In this document: one piece after another, positions 8,473 to 18,644 of the stretch
How positions within the stretch are numbered: position 1 is the first letter of the stretch
How the letters are laid out: each line of letters opens with the position of its first letter
Source of the DNA: Lentisphaerota bacterium
Lineage (GTDB): Bacteria > Verrucomicrobiota > Lentisphaeria > Victivallales > GWF2-38-69
Reading direction: 5' to 3'
Length of the DNA stretch: 54,398 nucleotides
Assembly: GCA_037127655.1 (NCBI GenBank)
Contig: JBAXXY010000003.1
Location: 1-54,398 of the forward strand
Made by a program: the position numbers and the translations under genes
Notes under the pieces: generated by a model
The model's input: only the letters and a program-made list of their open reading frames with translations
Told to the model about the DNA's origin: nothing
Database searches by the model: none

Positions 8473-11322
8473 ATGAAAAATGAGATAATAATAAAGGGCG
8501 CCAGACAGCACAATCTTAAAGGAATTGATGTAACTCTTCCGAGGGATTCCTTTATAGTTGTTACAGGTCTGAGCGGTTCCGGCAAATCATCGCTTGCCTT
8601 TGATACTCTCTACGCTGAAGGTCAAAGGCGATATGTGGAGAGTTTGTCTTCATACGCAAGGCAATTTCTTGACCAGATGCAAAAGCCAGATGTAGAACAC
8701 ATTGAAGGCTTGTCTCCTGCTATAGCCATTGAACAGCGCTCATCAGGTTCAAATCCGAGATCAACGGTTGCTACCACTACTGAAATTTATGATTATCTGA
8801 GGCTTCTTTATTCAAGAGCTGGAACTCCCCACTGTCCTGAATGCGGCAAGGAGGTTCATGCTCAGAGCGCTCAAACTATCTGTGATAAAATTCTGAGACT
8901 TCCCCATGACAAAAAGATTATGCTCCTTTCGCCTGTAATTGCAGGAAGAAAGGGCGAGCACAAGGATGTAATAGAAAAAGTCAGAAAAGATGGCTTTGTA
9001 AGGGCGAGAATAGATGGGAAAATAGTCGAACTTGAATCAGAAATCGCTTTGAGCAAGAATTTTAAGCACACTATCGAGGTCGTTATAGATCGTCTGGTAA
9101 CAGGAAAAATCGAGAGTTCTAGAGTATCTGATTCCGTAGAAACCGCTCTTCGGCACGGCAATGGAATAATAAACATTCTTACCGAGACGGAAGAGGGAAG
9201 CTGGCAGGATGAACAAGTAAGCGAACATCTGGCTTGTTTGAGCTGTAACATTAGCTTCGGCAAACTCGAGCCGAGGAATTTCTCATTCAATAGTCCCTAT
9301 GGAGCCTGCCCGGAGTGTAATGGATTAGGCACAAAACTAGTCATGGTAAAGGACAAAGTGCTTCTTTATCCTCAGAAGTCAATTAAGAAGGGCGCTGTGC
9401 CTTTATGGAAGAGGGGGCCAAGGAGGTTGATAATCTATTACAACCATCTCATAAAATGCCTTGCCGAGCATTATTCATTCCCTGTAGATGTGATGCCTTT
9501 TAAGGATATTCCCGAAAAACTCCAGAATGTACTCCTCTACGGAAGCGGAGAGGAAGTGGTTTGTTTCGACTTTTGGATGAGAGGCAAAATACATAAAATG
9601 CAAAAGCCTTTTGAAGGGATACTGCCCCATCTGGAACGGCGTTATCTTGAGACAGAGAGTGATGCTGTAAGAGAAAGGCTCAAAGAGTGTATGACTAAGA
9701 AATCCTGCCCTAAGTGCGACGGTGCAAGACTCAAGCCATCGAGCCTTGCCGTAACGGTAGATAAGATGCCTATAAATAAGTTTAACGCTTTGAGTGTAAG
9801 CGATGCGCTTAAATTTATGTCTGATGTAAAGCTCGATAATGAAAAGCAGATTATTGCATCCGAAGTGATAAATGAGATTAAATCAAGGCTCTCATTTCTT
9901 CTGAATGTCGGGCTTGATTATCTCTCGCTTGATAGAGAAAGCTCTACACTTTCAGGAGGCGAAGCCCAGAGAATAAGGTTGGCAACTCAGCTTGGAAGCG
10001 GGCTTGTGGGTGTTATTTATATTCTGGACGAACCCAGCATAGGTTTGCATCAGAAAGATAATGAAAGACTCCTCGATACTTTAACGAGTTTGAGAGATGC
10101 CGGAAATACAGTCGTTGTTGTCGAGCATGACCTCGACACGATAAGAAGAGCAGACCACATAGTTGACTTGGGACCTGGCGCAGGAAGACTTGGAGGCGAA
10201 TTAATTTACAGCGGGCCTCCGTCAGGAATGAAAGGAATTAAAAACTCCGCTACTGCCGACTTTCTCTACGGAAACAAGGAAATCCCTGTTCCGAAAGAGA
10301 GGCGCAAAGGCAATGGAAAGAAGATAACCATCGAGGGCGCATCCCAGAACAATCTGAAAAATATTACTGCCAAAATTCCTCTTGGGATGTTCGTGTGTGT
10401 GACAGGTGTATCAGGTTCAGGAAAAAGCACTCTGGTTAATGATATTCTGAATGTTGCTCTTGAAAGACATTTCGAGATAGGACAGGACATACCAGGAAAG
10501 CATAAAAAAATTACGGGTTTGGAGCATATTGGAAGAGCAATAGTAATAGACCAGACTCCCATAGGAAGGACGCCACGCTCCAATCCGGCCACATATACAG
10601 AGGTATTTGGAATCATTAGAGACCTTTTTGCCAAGCTTCCCGAATCCAGAGCAAGAGGATACAAACCAGGCAGATTCTCATTCAATGTAAAAGGCGGCAG
10701 GTGCGAAGAGTGTAAAGGTGACGGCATAAAAAAAATCGAGATGCTGTTTCTCCCTGAAGTTTATGTGCAATGTTCTTCGTGCAAAGGCAGGAGATTCAAT
10801 AATGAGACTCTAAGCGTCCTCTACAAAGGCAAGAGCATATCTGATGTACTTGATATGACTGTTAGCGAGGCATGCGAATTCTTCGATGCCATTCATCCAA
10901 TTAAGAGGAAACTCAAAACTCTCTCTGATGTAGGGATGGATTATATTCACCTTGGACAGCCTGCGACGACTCTCTCAGGCGGTGAGGCGCAGAGAGTTAA
11001 ACTTGCCACAGAACTTTCAAAGCATCAGAAAGGTCACACACTCTATATTCTGGATGAACCGACTACAGGGCTTCATATAGCCGATGTCGAGAAACTATTA
11101 TCTGTTATAAATATGCTTGTAGATCAGGGAAGCTCAGTCCTTGTGATTGAGCACAATCTTGATGTGATTAAAACAGCCGACTACATAATAGATCTTGGCC
11201 CTGACGGCGGAGACAGAGGCGGTAAAATAGTCGCCGAAGGCACTCCCGAGACAATTGTTAAATCAAAGACTTCTCATACTGCCACTTACCTTAAGAAAAT
11301 CTTAGGAGCTAATAACCACTGA
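8473..11322 (+). CDS. uvrA: Excinuclease ABC subunit A
   Basis: GARQHNLK, two Walker A motifs (GLSGSGKSS, GVSGSGKST), two LSGGEAQR, zinc fingers. Confidence 0.98.
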   Translation: MKNEIIIKGARQHNLKGIDVTLPRDSFIVVTGLSGSGKSSLAFDTLYAEGQRRYVESLSSYARQFLDQMQKPDVEHIEGLSPAIAIEQRSSGSNPRSTVATTTEIYDYLRLLYSRAGTPHCPECGKEVHAQSAQTICDKILRLPHDKKIMLLSPVIAGRKGEHKDVIEKVRKDGFVRARIDGKIVELESEIALSKNFKHTIEVVIDRLVTGKIESSRVSDSVETALRHGNGIINILTETEEGSWQDEQVSEHLACLSCNISFGKLEPRNFSFNSPYGACPECNGLGTKLVMVKDKVLLYPQKSIKKGAVPLWKRGPRRLIIYYNHLIKCLAEHYSFPVDVMPFKDIPEKLQNVLLYGSGEEVVCFDFWMRGKIHKMQKPFEGILPHLERRYLETESDAVRERLKECMTKKSCPKCDGARLKPSSLAVTVDKMPINKFNALSVSDALKFMSDVKLDNEKQIIASEVINEIKSRLSFLLNVGLDYLSLDRESSTLSGGEAQRIRLATQLGSGLVGVIYILDEPSIGLHQKDNERLLDTLTSLRDAGNTVVVVEHDLDTIRRADHIVDLGPGAGRLGGELIYSGPPSGMKGIKNSATADFLYGNKEIPVPKERRKGNGKKITIEGASQNNLKNITAKIPLGMFVCVTGVSGSGKSTLVNDILNVALERHFEIGQDIPGKHKKITGLEHIGRAIVIDQTPIGRTPRSNPATYTEVFGIIRDLFAKLPESRARGYKPGRFSFNVKGGRCEECKGDGIKKIEMLFLPEVYVQCSSCKGRRFNNETLSVLYKGKSISDVLDMTVSEACEFFDAIHPIKRKLKTLSDVGMDYIHLGQPATTLSGGEAQRVKLATELSKHQKGHTLYILDEPTTGLHIADVEKLLSVINMLVDQGSSVLVIEHNLDVIKTADYIIDLGPDGGDRGGKIVAEGTPETIVKSKTSHTATYLKKILGANNH

Positions 11323-11379
11323 CATAAGTATGTAAGATACTTGTTTTGCAGCGATATTCATCGAGCTTATTTGTCTTAT

Positions 11380-14300
11380 CTAGCTTGGGTTGTATGTCTT
11401 TATGATTAAAGTGATATCATCAAGCAATGTTTTTACGGAAGATTCGAGTTCTTTCATGAGTTTACTCATTTCGTCATTAACCTTTCCTGAAGCAAAGAGC
11501 GATTCGAGCTTTTGTGAAAGCTGAGCAGTATTGTAAGCTCCGACCCAATTGGCATTGCTCTTGAAAGTATGCGCAGCGGTTCTGGCCGCAGTGAAATCCG
11601 AGCATTCGAATGCCGTCCTTGTCTCTCTTAGGGAACTTGAAGCTGTCGCAATAAATTTTGCCAAAGTTTTGAAATACAGCTTTTTATTGCCTCCGAGATT
11701 TTCTATGGCTTTTTTGGGAGAGATGCTTTCGCTTTCATAATCTTGAACACTTTCAGGGAAAATTATTGGTTTGGTCTGAGCTATGATCATTGATTTTGCC
11801 GAGTAGAAATTTCCGCTATATTTCTGAAGGATAGCCTTGAGCTGTTCTACGGCAAAGGGTTTAGGCAGATAATCATCCATTCCTGCTTCTTTGCACTTTC
11901 TGATTTCATCCTGACTATTATGAGCTGTCATGGCAATTACAGGGATAACTTTAAGCTCAGCTGTCTCCTTGATCATCTTAACAGTTTCGAACCCGTTCAT
12001 TATCGGCATATTTATATCCATGAAGATTAAGTCGAATTTTTCCGTAGCTAAAAATAATAAGGCTTCCTGTCCGTTTGGAGCTACAGAGACTTTTACATTT
12101 TCCGCACTGAGGAGTTCTATGGCAAGTTCCTGATTCATTTCATTATCTTCTACTAGCAGAGCTTTTATTTTTGACCCTGAAGTATGGGGTTGTTTTCCTG
12201 TTACAGCATCAGCGGAAATGGTATTTTTGCCGATGTTATCGAGAATAGCAGAGCATAGAATTTTCTGGCTGTAAGGCTTTGAAATATGAGTATTCATGCC
12301 GATGACTTTGCATTCGTCTATAGCCACGCTTGTTGCTTCGGCGGTGAGCGCTATGATAGGAATATCCTTGGTTTTAGGATTTTTTCTGATTCTTCTTGAT
12401 GCATCGTAACCGTCCATAATAGGCATGCGCAAATCCATAAGAATGAGATCAAAACTTTCTTTTTCCAGTATTTCAAGAGCTTCTTGACCATTAACTGCTG
12501 TGGACACTTCAGCCAATGTATTCTCCAGAAAATCCAGCGCAATTTGCTGATTCATGATATTGTCTTCGGCCAGTAATATTTTCTTTCCTGCAAATGCCCC
12601 TTTGAACTCATCAGCATCATGAGACCCGTCTTTGATTTCGGTGTGCTTCATGTAATTTTCTTTGCCGAAGAGCTTGAGTATTAAATCATGCAGAGCCGAT
12701 GGGAATATCGGCTTTTCTAAAACTTCATCTACGAATTGGAGGGCGGATGCTTCGCCGGCATAGTCCTTGAGATGGGCTGTTATGAGTATTAACTTTGGAT
12801 TTCCGTGGATAGCCTTGTCCTTTTTGATGATTTCGGATGCTTTAATGCCATCCATACCGGGCATCATCCAGTCTGTAAGGATGAGTTTGAATGGGTCGTC
12901 TGCCGTAGCATTCCTGAGCATTATTATTCCTTCTTCGGCAGATGAGGCTATAGATGGTCTGAATTTCATTGTTTTCAGGCAGTTTTCTAATATTTCTCTT
13001 GAAGAAGCATTGTCATCAATAATTAGAGCCTTGAGGTTTTTCAGGTCAGGAGGCAGTTCCAGAAAACCTTTTCTGGATTTGTCTGACGCTTCCTGAAGTT
13101 CGGCATCAATGACGAAAAAGAACTTGCTCCCTTTGCCCAATTCGCTCTCTACTTGTATTTTTCCACCCATGAGTTCGACTATTTTTTTTGAAATGGAGAG
13201 CCCGAGTCCTGTGCCGCCGAATTTTCTGGTGGTGGAACTGTCGGCCTGCTCGAAAGGCATAAATAGCCTTTCCTTATGTTCCTGTGTGAGGCCTATTCCG
13301 CTGTCCTTTACTATGAACTCCAGAGAAACCACTCTGGAAATTCTATTGATATTGAGCACTTTAACGGCAATAAGCACTTCTCCTTCGTCTGTATATTTAA
13401 TAGCGTTTGTAGTCAGATTTATGAGTACTTGTTTAAGCCTTAGAGAATCAGCCAGAACAGGATTGGGAATTTCGAAACTGTAACTTAGGAGGAATTCCAG
13501 ACCTTTTTCTCTGGCTTTGAGAGCGTTCATAGTAACTACTTCGCCGATGAGTTCCTCCAAATCGACAGGCGTCTTTTCTATTATCATTTTGCCTGCTTCA
13601 ATTTTGGAGAAGTCGAGAATGTCATTGATGATACCCAGAAGAGATGATGACGACCTTTTAATCTTGGTAAGGTAGCCTCTGGTTTTAGTATCATTGACCG
13701 GTACTCCCTGAATGGCAAGGTCTGTAAAACCTATAATCGCATTCATCGGCGTGCGGATTTCATGGCTCATATTGGAGAGGAAATCGGATTTGACCCGGCT
13801 GGCTACTTCAGCTTTTTTAGTGGCTATTTCCAATTCTTTAACTATCTTTAATCTGTCTGTTATGTCTCGGACTGTTGCCTGTAGAATTTGTTTTTCTTCG
13901 TATTTGAAAGAAGTTAGTAAGACTTCAGCAGGAAATTCTACGCCGTCTATTGTCATGTGCATCCAGTCGAAACGATGCGAGCCATTCTTGAAAGCATTTC
14001 CGATCATCTCATTGGACTTCTCCATGGAAGTCTTGCCGTCAACCTGAAACTCCGGCGACAATTGACTGGGATGAAGTTTTGAAAAATCTTCGACAGATTT
14101 AACTTTGAACATTTTGAGAGTTGTTCCATTGCAATCAAAGAAACCTTTTTCGTCAAGAAGCATTACCGCATCAGAACTTGAATCATAGATAGTTCTAAGA
14201 AGAAACTGATGTTTTTCCAGCTTTCTTTCAGTTCTCTTTTGTTCAGTCAAATCTTTCCATAGCGTGTGAAGGGTAAGCTCGCCATTGAATGTAATAAGAG

Positions 14301-14613
14301 TCAAGGATACTTCGACAGGAAAAACTTCTCCGTCCAATCTTTTATGATCCCATTCAAACCTGTGGAACCCATTCTTAAATGCAGTGGAAATCATATCGTT
14401 AGCCTTCTCGAAAGAAGTTCTGCCGTCGGGCTGAAATTCCGGCGAGAGCTGTGACGGGTGAGTATTGAAGACTTCTTCTCTATCTTTTGCTCTGAGGATT
14501 TTTATGGCAACTTCATTGCAATCCACAAACTTCTGCCCTGAAATTAAAAATATGGCATCCGGGCAATTGTGGAATATTTTTTCAAAAGAACTCTCTTCAA
14601 AATGTTCTGTCAT
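11380..14613 (-). CDS. Cytoplasmic hybrid histidine kinase PAS-PAS-HisKA-HATPase-REC-REC-REC-HPt
   Basis: Two similar PAS domains (HPSQLSPEFQ), MSHEIRTPMN, GGTGLGL, three receivers (DWMMP, DLRMP, DINMP), AHTFKS HPt. Confidence 0.92.
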   Translation of the reverse strand: MTEHFEESSFEKIFHNCPDAIFLISGQKFVDCNEVAIKILRAKDREEVFNTHPSQLSPEFQPDGRTSFEKANDMISTAFKNGFHRFEWDHKRLDGEVFPVEVSLTLITFNGELTLHTLWKDLTEQKRTERKLEKHQFLLRTIYDSSSDAVMLLDEKGFFDCNGTTLKMFKVKSVEDFSKLHPSQLSPEFQVDGKTSMEKSNEMIGNAFKNGSHRFDWMHMTIDGVEFPAEVLLTSFKYEEKQILQATVRDITDRLKIVKELEIATKKAEVASRVKSDFLSNMSHEIRTPMNAIIGFTDLAIQGVPVNDTKTRGYLTKIKRSSSSLLGIINDILDFSKIEAGKMIIEKTPVDLEELIGEVVTMNALKAREKGLEFLLSYSFEIPNPVLADSLRLKQVLINLTTNAIKYTDEGEVLIAVKVLNINRISRVVSLEFIVKDSGIGLTQEHKERLFMPFEQADSSTTRKFGGTGLGLSISKKIVELMGGKIQVESELGKGSKFFFVIDAELQEASDKSRKGFLELPPDLKNLKALIIDDNASSREILENCLKTMKFRPSIASSAEEGIIMLRNATADDPFKLILTDWMMPGMDGIKASEIIKKDKAIHGNPKLILITAHLKDYAGEASALQFVDEVLEKPIFPSALHDLILKLFGKENYMKHTEIKDGSHDADEFKGAFAGKKILLAEDNIMNQQIALDFLENTLAEVSTAVNGQEALEILEKESFDLILMDLRMPIMDGYDASRRIRKNPKTKDIPIIALTAEATSVAIDECKVIGMNTHISKPYSQKILCSAILDNIGKNTISADAVTGKQPHTSGSKIKALLVEDNEMNQELAIELLSAENVKVSVAPNGQEALLFLATEKFDLIFMDINMPIMNGFETVKMIKETAELKVIPVIAMTAHNSQDEIRKCKEAGMDDYLPKPFAVEQLKAILQKYSGNFYSAKSMIIAQTKPIIFPESVQDYESESISPKKAIENLGGNKKLYFKTLAKFIATASSSLRETRTAFECSDFTAARTAAHTFKSNANWVGAYNTAQLSQKLESLFASGKVNDEMSKLMKELESSVKTLLDDITLIIKTYNPS

Positions 14614-14653
14614 AATTTTCCTCTTGTATTCAAAATCTAATGAGAATTTTTAT

Positions 14654-14870
14654 CTATAAATTACTAGTCATTTTAGGTAAAGATATAAAAAATATTGTTC
14701 CTGTTTCCTTGTCTGATTCGAACCATACTCTTCCCTTGAGGATAACCTCACCCAAATATTTCATGCTGAAAGTCCCAATGCCTGAACCATTTTCTATTGA
14801 CCAATGACGACAAAATATCAGCCGATATTTCATCGTCATCTATAATTAGTACTTTTACCTTGTTGTCCAT
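14654..14870 (-). pseudogene. Internally deleted REC-histidine kinase remnant
   Basis: From ATG 14870: MDNKVKVLIIDDDEISADILSSLVNRK (receiver N-terminus), joined out of frame to GSGIGTFSMKYLGEVILKGRVWFESDKETGTIFFISLP (HATPase C-terminus). Confidence 0.75.
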
Positions 14871-14936
14871 ACTCCACCCCTTATTCATTTAAATTCCCTT
14901 ATCCCTTGAACCTAAAATTATCTTCTGTTAATTGCT

Positions 14937-16367
14937 TTATATTTTTTCTATCTCCATAATCGGTGTTCCATTTTTTGTTCCCCCGCCGACAATCAACATT
15001 ACTTTTGTCACTTTGCAGTCATACGGCGCTATTATAACTCCGAGAGCTTTCTTTTCTATAAGATAAGTCAGCTTGGCTTCGCAGTCATCGAGCGCGTTCT
15101 TACTGGTTTCATAAGCAAGTTCTGAGGTTTCACAACTTTCTTTGCTTGATGATTTTTTTTCAGTAAGGTAACTACATCTCTTATAATCGCTTTCTTTATC
15201 TTTCAAATCATGTTTAGCATAATTCAAAGCTAACTTTGCTCTGTTTATTGCGATGTCTATTGAACCTACTTCGTATTTAATCAGAGAAGAGTCCTTTTTT
15301 AAAATTTCGCCTGAGGAGGGTAGATAAGTGATCTGGAACCCATCGCCCAGCGTAGCGATGATTAGTTTTGTATTGAGAGCTTTTTCTTCAGCAGGTGCCT
15401 TTGATTTTTCGAGAGGTTCGACTTTCATAATAGGCGTGCCATCTTTAGTGCCTCCGCCTATAATCAACATTACTGTTGTTACCTTGCAGTCATAAGGCGC
15501 GACAATAGTTCCTGAAGCGTTGTATCCTAAAAAGTAATTTAAGGCTTCTTTTGAATCAGCCAGAGTGTATTTTGCCTTATTGTAAGCAAGTTCTGTATTC
15601 TCGAAATCACTAAGGCTGGTTGACTTATTTTCTCTGAGCTTGGAGTATCTTTTATATTTGCTTTCTTTGTCAATAAGAGCGTGTTCAGCTCCAGTTATGT
15701 CTGCTTTTAAGGCATCAATCATATCAACCGTGACAGGATTGTAAATCTTGACCAATAATTCTCCTTTCTTAATGACCGCTCCTTCTTTTGCAAGATAGTT
15801 GATGACTCCGCCTTTCATTGGAGAGGTAACTGCCTGCGTACTTGCTGAAGATTCGGAAGTCGAAGTGTCAGCATTGGAATCGGAAGTTATTTCCATTATC
15901 TGTGTTCCGTATTCAGTCCCTGAATTGGCGGCGATTAAAGTTTTAGATACTTTGCAGTCATACGGCGCCGCAATAGTTGCTACAGCCAGCACATTTTGGT
16001 ATTCTTTGAGGTCTGCCTTGCAGTCTGCGACTTTGGCTATGGCCTCATCATAAGCCAAATCAACATCTTCGAGTTTCTCGACGCTTACGGAATTACCTTC
16101 TTTAAGATCTTTGTATCTTTCATAATTACCCTTTTTATCTTTCAAGTTTTCTTCTGCCGAACTTAAAGAAGCTTGAGCGCTTTTTATCTGGGCTTCAATG
16201 CTTGCTGTCCTGTATTTTGCCAGAGGTTCGCCTTTTTTTACGACAGTTCCTTCATCTGCGATAAATATCAGACGAGGTCCCTGAAGAGTAGCTGTTATAG
16301 TCTGCGTTCCCAACGCAAAACTTGAAGCCAAAAAGATAATAGTTGAAAATACCCAAATAGTTCTCAT
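14937..16367 (-). CDS. Exported protein of three tandem lipoyl/alpha-hairpin (membrane fusion protein-like) modules
   Basis: Signal peptide; three units, each with EGxxxKKG-like half-lipoyl, a coiled hairpin and IxAPYDCKV...GTxIM. Confidence 0.8.
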   Translation of the reverse strand: MRTIWVFSTIIFLASSFALGTQTITATLQGPRLIFIADEGTVVKKGEPLAKYRTASIEAQIKSAQASLSSAEENLKDKKGNYERYKDLKEGNSVSVEKLEDVDLAYDEAIAKVADCKADLKEYQNVLAVATIAAPYDCKVSKTLIAANSGTEYGTQIMEITSDSNADTSTSESSASTQAVTSPMKGGVINYLAKEGAVIKKGELLVKIYNPVTVDMIDALKADITGAEHALIDKESKYKRYSKLRENKSTSLSDFENTELAYNKAKYTLADSKEALNYFLGYNASGTIVAPYDCKVTTVMLIIGGGTKDGTPIMKVEPLEKSKAPAEEKALNTKLIIATLGDGFQITYLPSSGEILKKDSSLIKYEVGSIDIAINRAKLALNYAKHDLKDKESDYKRCSYLTEKKSSSKESCETSELAYETSKNALDDCEAKLTYLIEKKALGVIIAPYDCKVTKVMLIVGGGTKNGTPIMEIEKI

Positions 16368-16532
16368 AAATACCTACTTACTTGTTTTTATTTTATGTTG
16401 GATGCTAAGATGTTATTGATTAGAGAGTTTACCCCCACCAACCCACCCGAAAGCAACTCTTTTTCAAGTCATTTTTTTTAAAAAAATGCAGAAATAAATT
16501 AATGCTGTAAAAGTGATAATTATATTTTAGAG

Positions 16533-17654
16533 TTATTCGCGTTCTTCGGAGAATTGCTCTCTGATTTTTACGAATTCTTCTTCTATGGCAAGGAAAGATT
16601 CAACAACTATCGGATCAAAATGAGTTCCTGATGAGTTGACTATAATCTCTCTGCTCTTTTCTTCTGAAAACTTTTCCTTGTAGCACCTGGTTGTAGTCAG
16701 AGCATCGTAAACATCTCCCAGAGAAAGTATCCTTGCCGGTAATGGAATATTTTCTCCTTTTAACCCTGTAGGATAACCCGAGCCATCCCACTTTTCATGG
16801 TGATAATGAGCTACATCAATGGCATTCGCGATGAAATTATTTTCAGGGTGTTTTGTGTGTATTTCTCTCAAGGCCTCAGCTCCTATGAGAGTATGAGTCT
16901 TTACTATCTCATATTCTTCAGGAGTGAGTTTTCCTGGTTTGAGGAGGACTTTGTCCGGGACGCCTACCTTGCCGATGTCGTGAAGAGGGGCTGAAATTTC
17001 AAAATTAATTATAAAGTCGTCATCTATAATGTCGTGATATTTAGGATAGGCCTTTCTCATGTGTCTTGCGACGGCTTTGCAATATTCGGCGATGCGGTAA
17101 AGGTGAAGACCCGTTTCTTTATCCCTGTATTCGGCAAGTTTTGCCAGAGCGAAAATTGTACCCACCTGAGCTGAAGTGATCTTACCAACTTGTTCCTGAA
17201 CTTTTTTGCATAGTTCATCATTGAACATCTTCAGATACTTGCGGTGCTCTTCCTGATTATCATTAAGTCTTTTTCTGAGCAGACATGATTTAAGCCTGGA
17301 TTCGAGTATGAGAAGATTGAAAGGTTTTTCCAGATAATCAACAGCGCCTTTTTTTATGCACTTGATTATACTCTCGGTCTCATTAAGTCCTGAGATAACT
17401 ATAATCGGAATTTTTCTGAATATCTTAGTCTGATTTACTTTGTCAAGGAATCCATAACCATCCATTACCGGCATAACTATATCCAGAAGTATTGCGTCAG
17501 GCTGTTCCTTTTCAAGCGCTTCATATCCTTCCTGGCCGTTTGAAGCTGTAACAGCATCATAGCCAAGCCCGGTTATAAAGTCGCAAAGAATATCAGAATT
17601 GATATCATTGTCGTCAATAATGAGAATTTTTGTCTTTCTATTCATCTCATGCAT
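16533..17654 (-). CDS. REC-HD-GYP response regulator (RpfG-like c-di-GMP phosphodiesterase)
   Basis: ILLDIVMPVMDG receiver; HDIGK and HHEKWDGSGYP. Confidence 0.93.
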   Translation of the reverse strand: MHEMNRKTKILIIDDNDINSDILCDFITGLGYDAVTASNGQEGYEALEKEQPDAILLDIVMPVMDGYGFLDKVNQTKIFRKIPIIVISGLNETESIIKCIKKGAVDYLEKPFNLLILESRLKSCLLRKRLNDNQEEHRKYLKMFNDELCKKVQEQVGKITSAQVGTIFALAKLAEYRDKETGLHLYRIAEYCKAVARHMRKAYPKYHDIIDDDFIINFEISAPLHDIGKVGVPDKVLLKPGKLTPEEYEIVKTHTLIGAEALREIHTKHPENNFIANAIDVAHYHHEKWDGSGYPTGLKGENIPLPARILSLGDVYDALTTTRCYKEKFSEEKSREIIVNSSGTHFDPIVVESFLAIEEEFVKIREQFSEERE

Positions 17655-17719
17655 CTAAATTTATTTTTTATCTAATGTAAGTTAAATGATGATTATTCAT
17701 AGACTGAATCAAAAATCTC

Positions 17720-17761
17720 TAATGAATCTTGAGTGGATGGCTTTCCAGCGCAGTTCGGATT
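17720..17761. repeat. Direct repeat copy 1 (orphan gene 3' end)
   Basis: 37/42 identical to 19399-19440; minus strand reads SELRWKAIHSRFIRDF*. Confidence 0.8.
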
Positions 17762-17859
17762 TGCTGTATCATCCAAAAGTAATTGACTTTTGAAAAGCTA
17801 TAGAATAGAATAGAATTGCTCATCATAAATTTTATCAATCAAATATTAGAGGAGTATCA

Positions 17860-18630
17860 ATGAATACTGAAAACGCATCTGCTCTCGAGAGTAACGGGCT
17901 CATTCTGAAAAGGATTGAAGAGCTTCAGAATAAAGTTGGAACCATAAATAAAAACAGGAAAACATCAGCTATTCTTTCGGTCATCGGAATTATCCTGGTT
18001 ATTGTTGCCATTCTGGTTTTCTTCAATAATCTTAACAATTTCGTAAAATATTATGACGCCAATGCACTTATGAGTGAACTTCAGACGAGTTCATCAAATT
18101 TGGCTTCTTCAGAAGAAATGAAAGAACTTGTTAATACCTTAAAGAAAGATTTGATGCCTGCTTATGAACTTTCTCTAACTACAAAATTAAGAGAGTCAGC
18201 GCCTCTTTTTCAGGCTGACTTCAATGGGATTAAAGAGAATCTTTCGACCTACTTGACTCAAGTTATTAAACCTCAAATTGAAAATAACCTGGTAACCAAG
18301 CTTTCCGGCACAGAGACAATGGCTCTAGCTGAAAATTTCAGCAGTCCTGAATCAAAAGCAAAGATTGATAAGATTGTGGCTCTTACTAAGAGTCAACTCC
18401 TTGAAAAAATGCCTGGTTTTATTGATACACGCATAGACCCTGTCCTTGTTCAATTAAATACGCTCAATAATAGTTTCTCAAGCGTCTATGATAATATGAT
18501 ACAATCCGGCGAATTTGACGGAGTGACTCCTCAAATGACAGGGGAAATTGAGAACCGTTTAATCGAAAATATTCTTGAGATGATGATTTATCAGCTCAAT
18601 CCGCAAAAAGCCAATAAACTAGCTAACTAA
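17860..18630 (+). CDS. Hypothetical single-TM helical protein
   Basis: GAGGAG RBS; one N-terminal hydrophobic helix, then a long amphipathic region. Confidence 0.75.
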   Translation: MNTENASALESNGLILKRIEELQNKVGTINKNRKTSAILSVIGIILVIVAILVFFNNLNNFVKYYDANALMSELQTSSSNLASSEEMKELVNTLKKDLMPAYELSLTTKLRESAPLFQADFNGIKENLSTYLTQVIKPQIENNLVTKLSGTETMALAENFSSPESKAKIDKIVALTKSQLLEKMPGFIDTRIDPVLVQLNTLNNSFSSVYDNMIQSGEFDGVTPQMTGEIENRLIENILEMMIYQLNPQKANKLAN

Positions 18631-18644
18631 TCAGGGGAAACACT

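Noticed and set aside
16424-16464. Second C-rich-loop hairpin RNA
   Set aside because: Only a 6-bp stem and no promoter evidence; too weak to call
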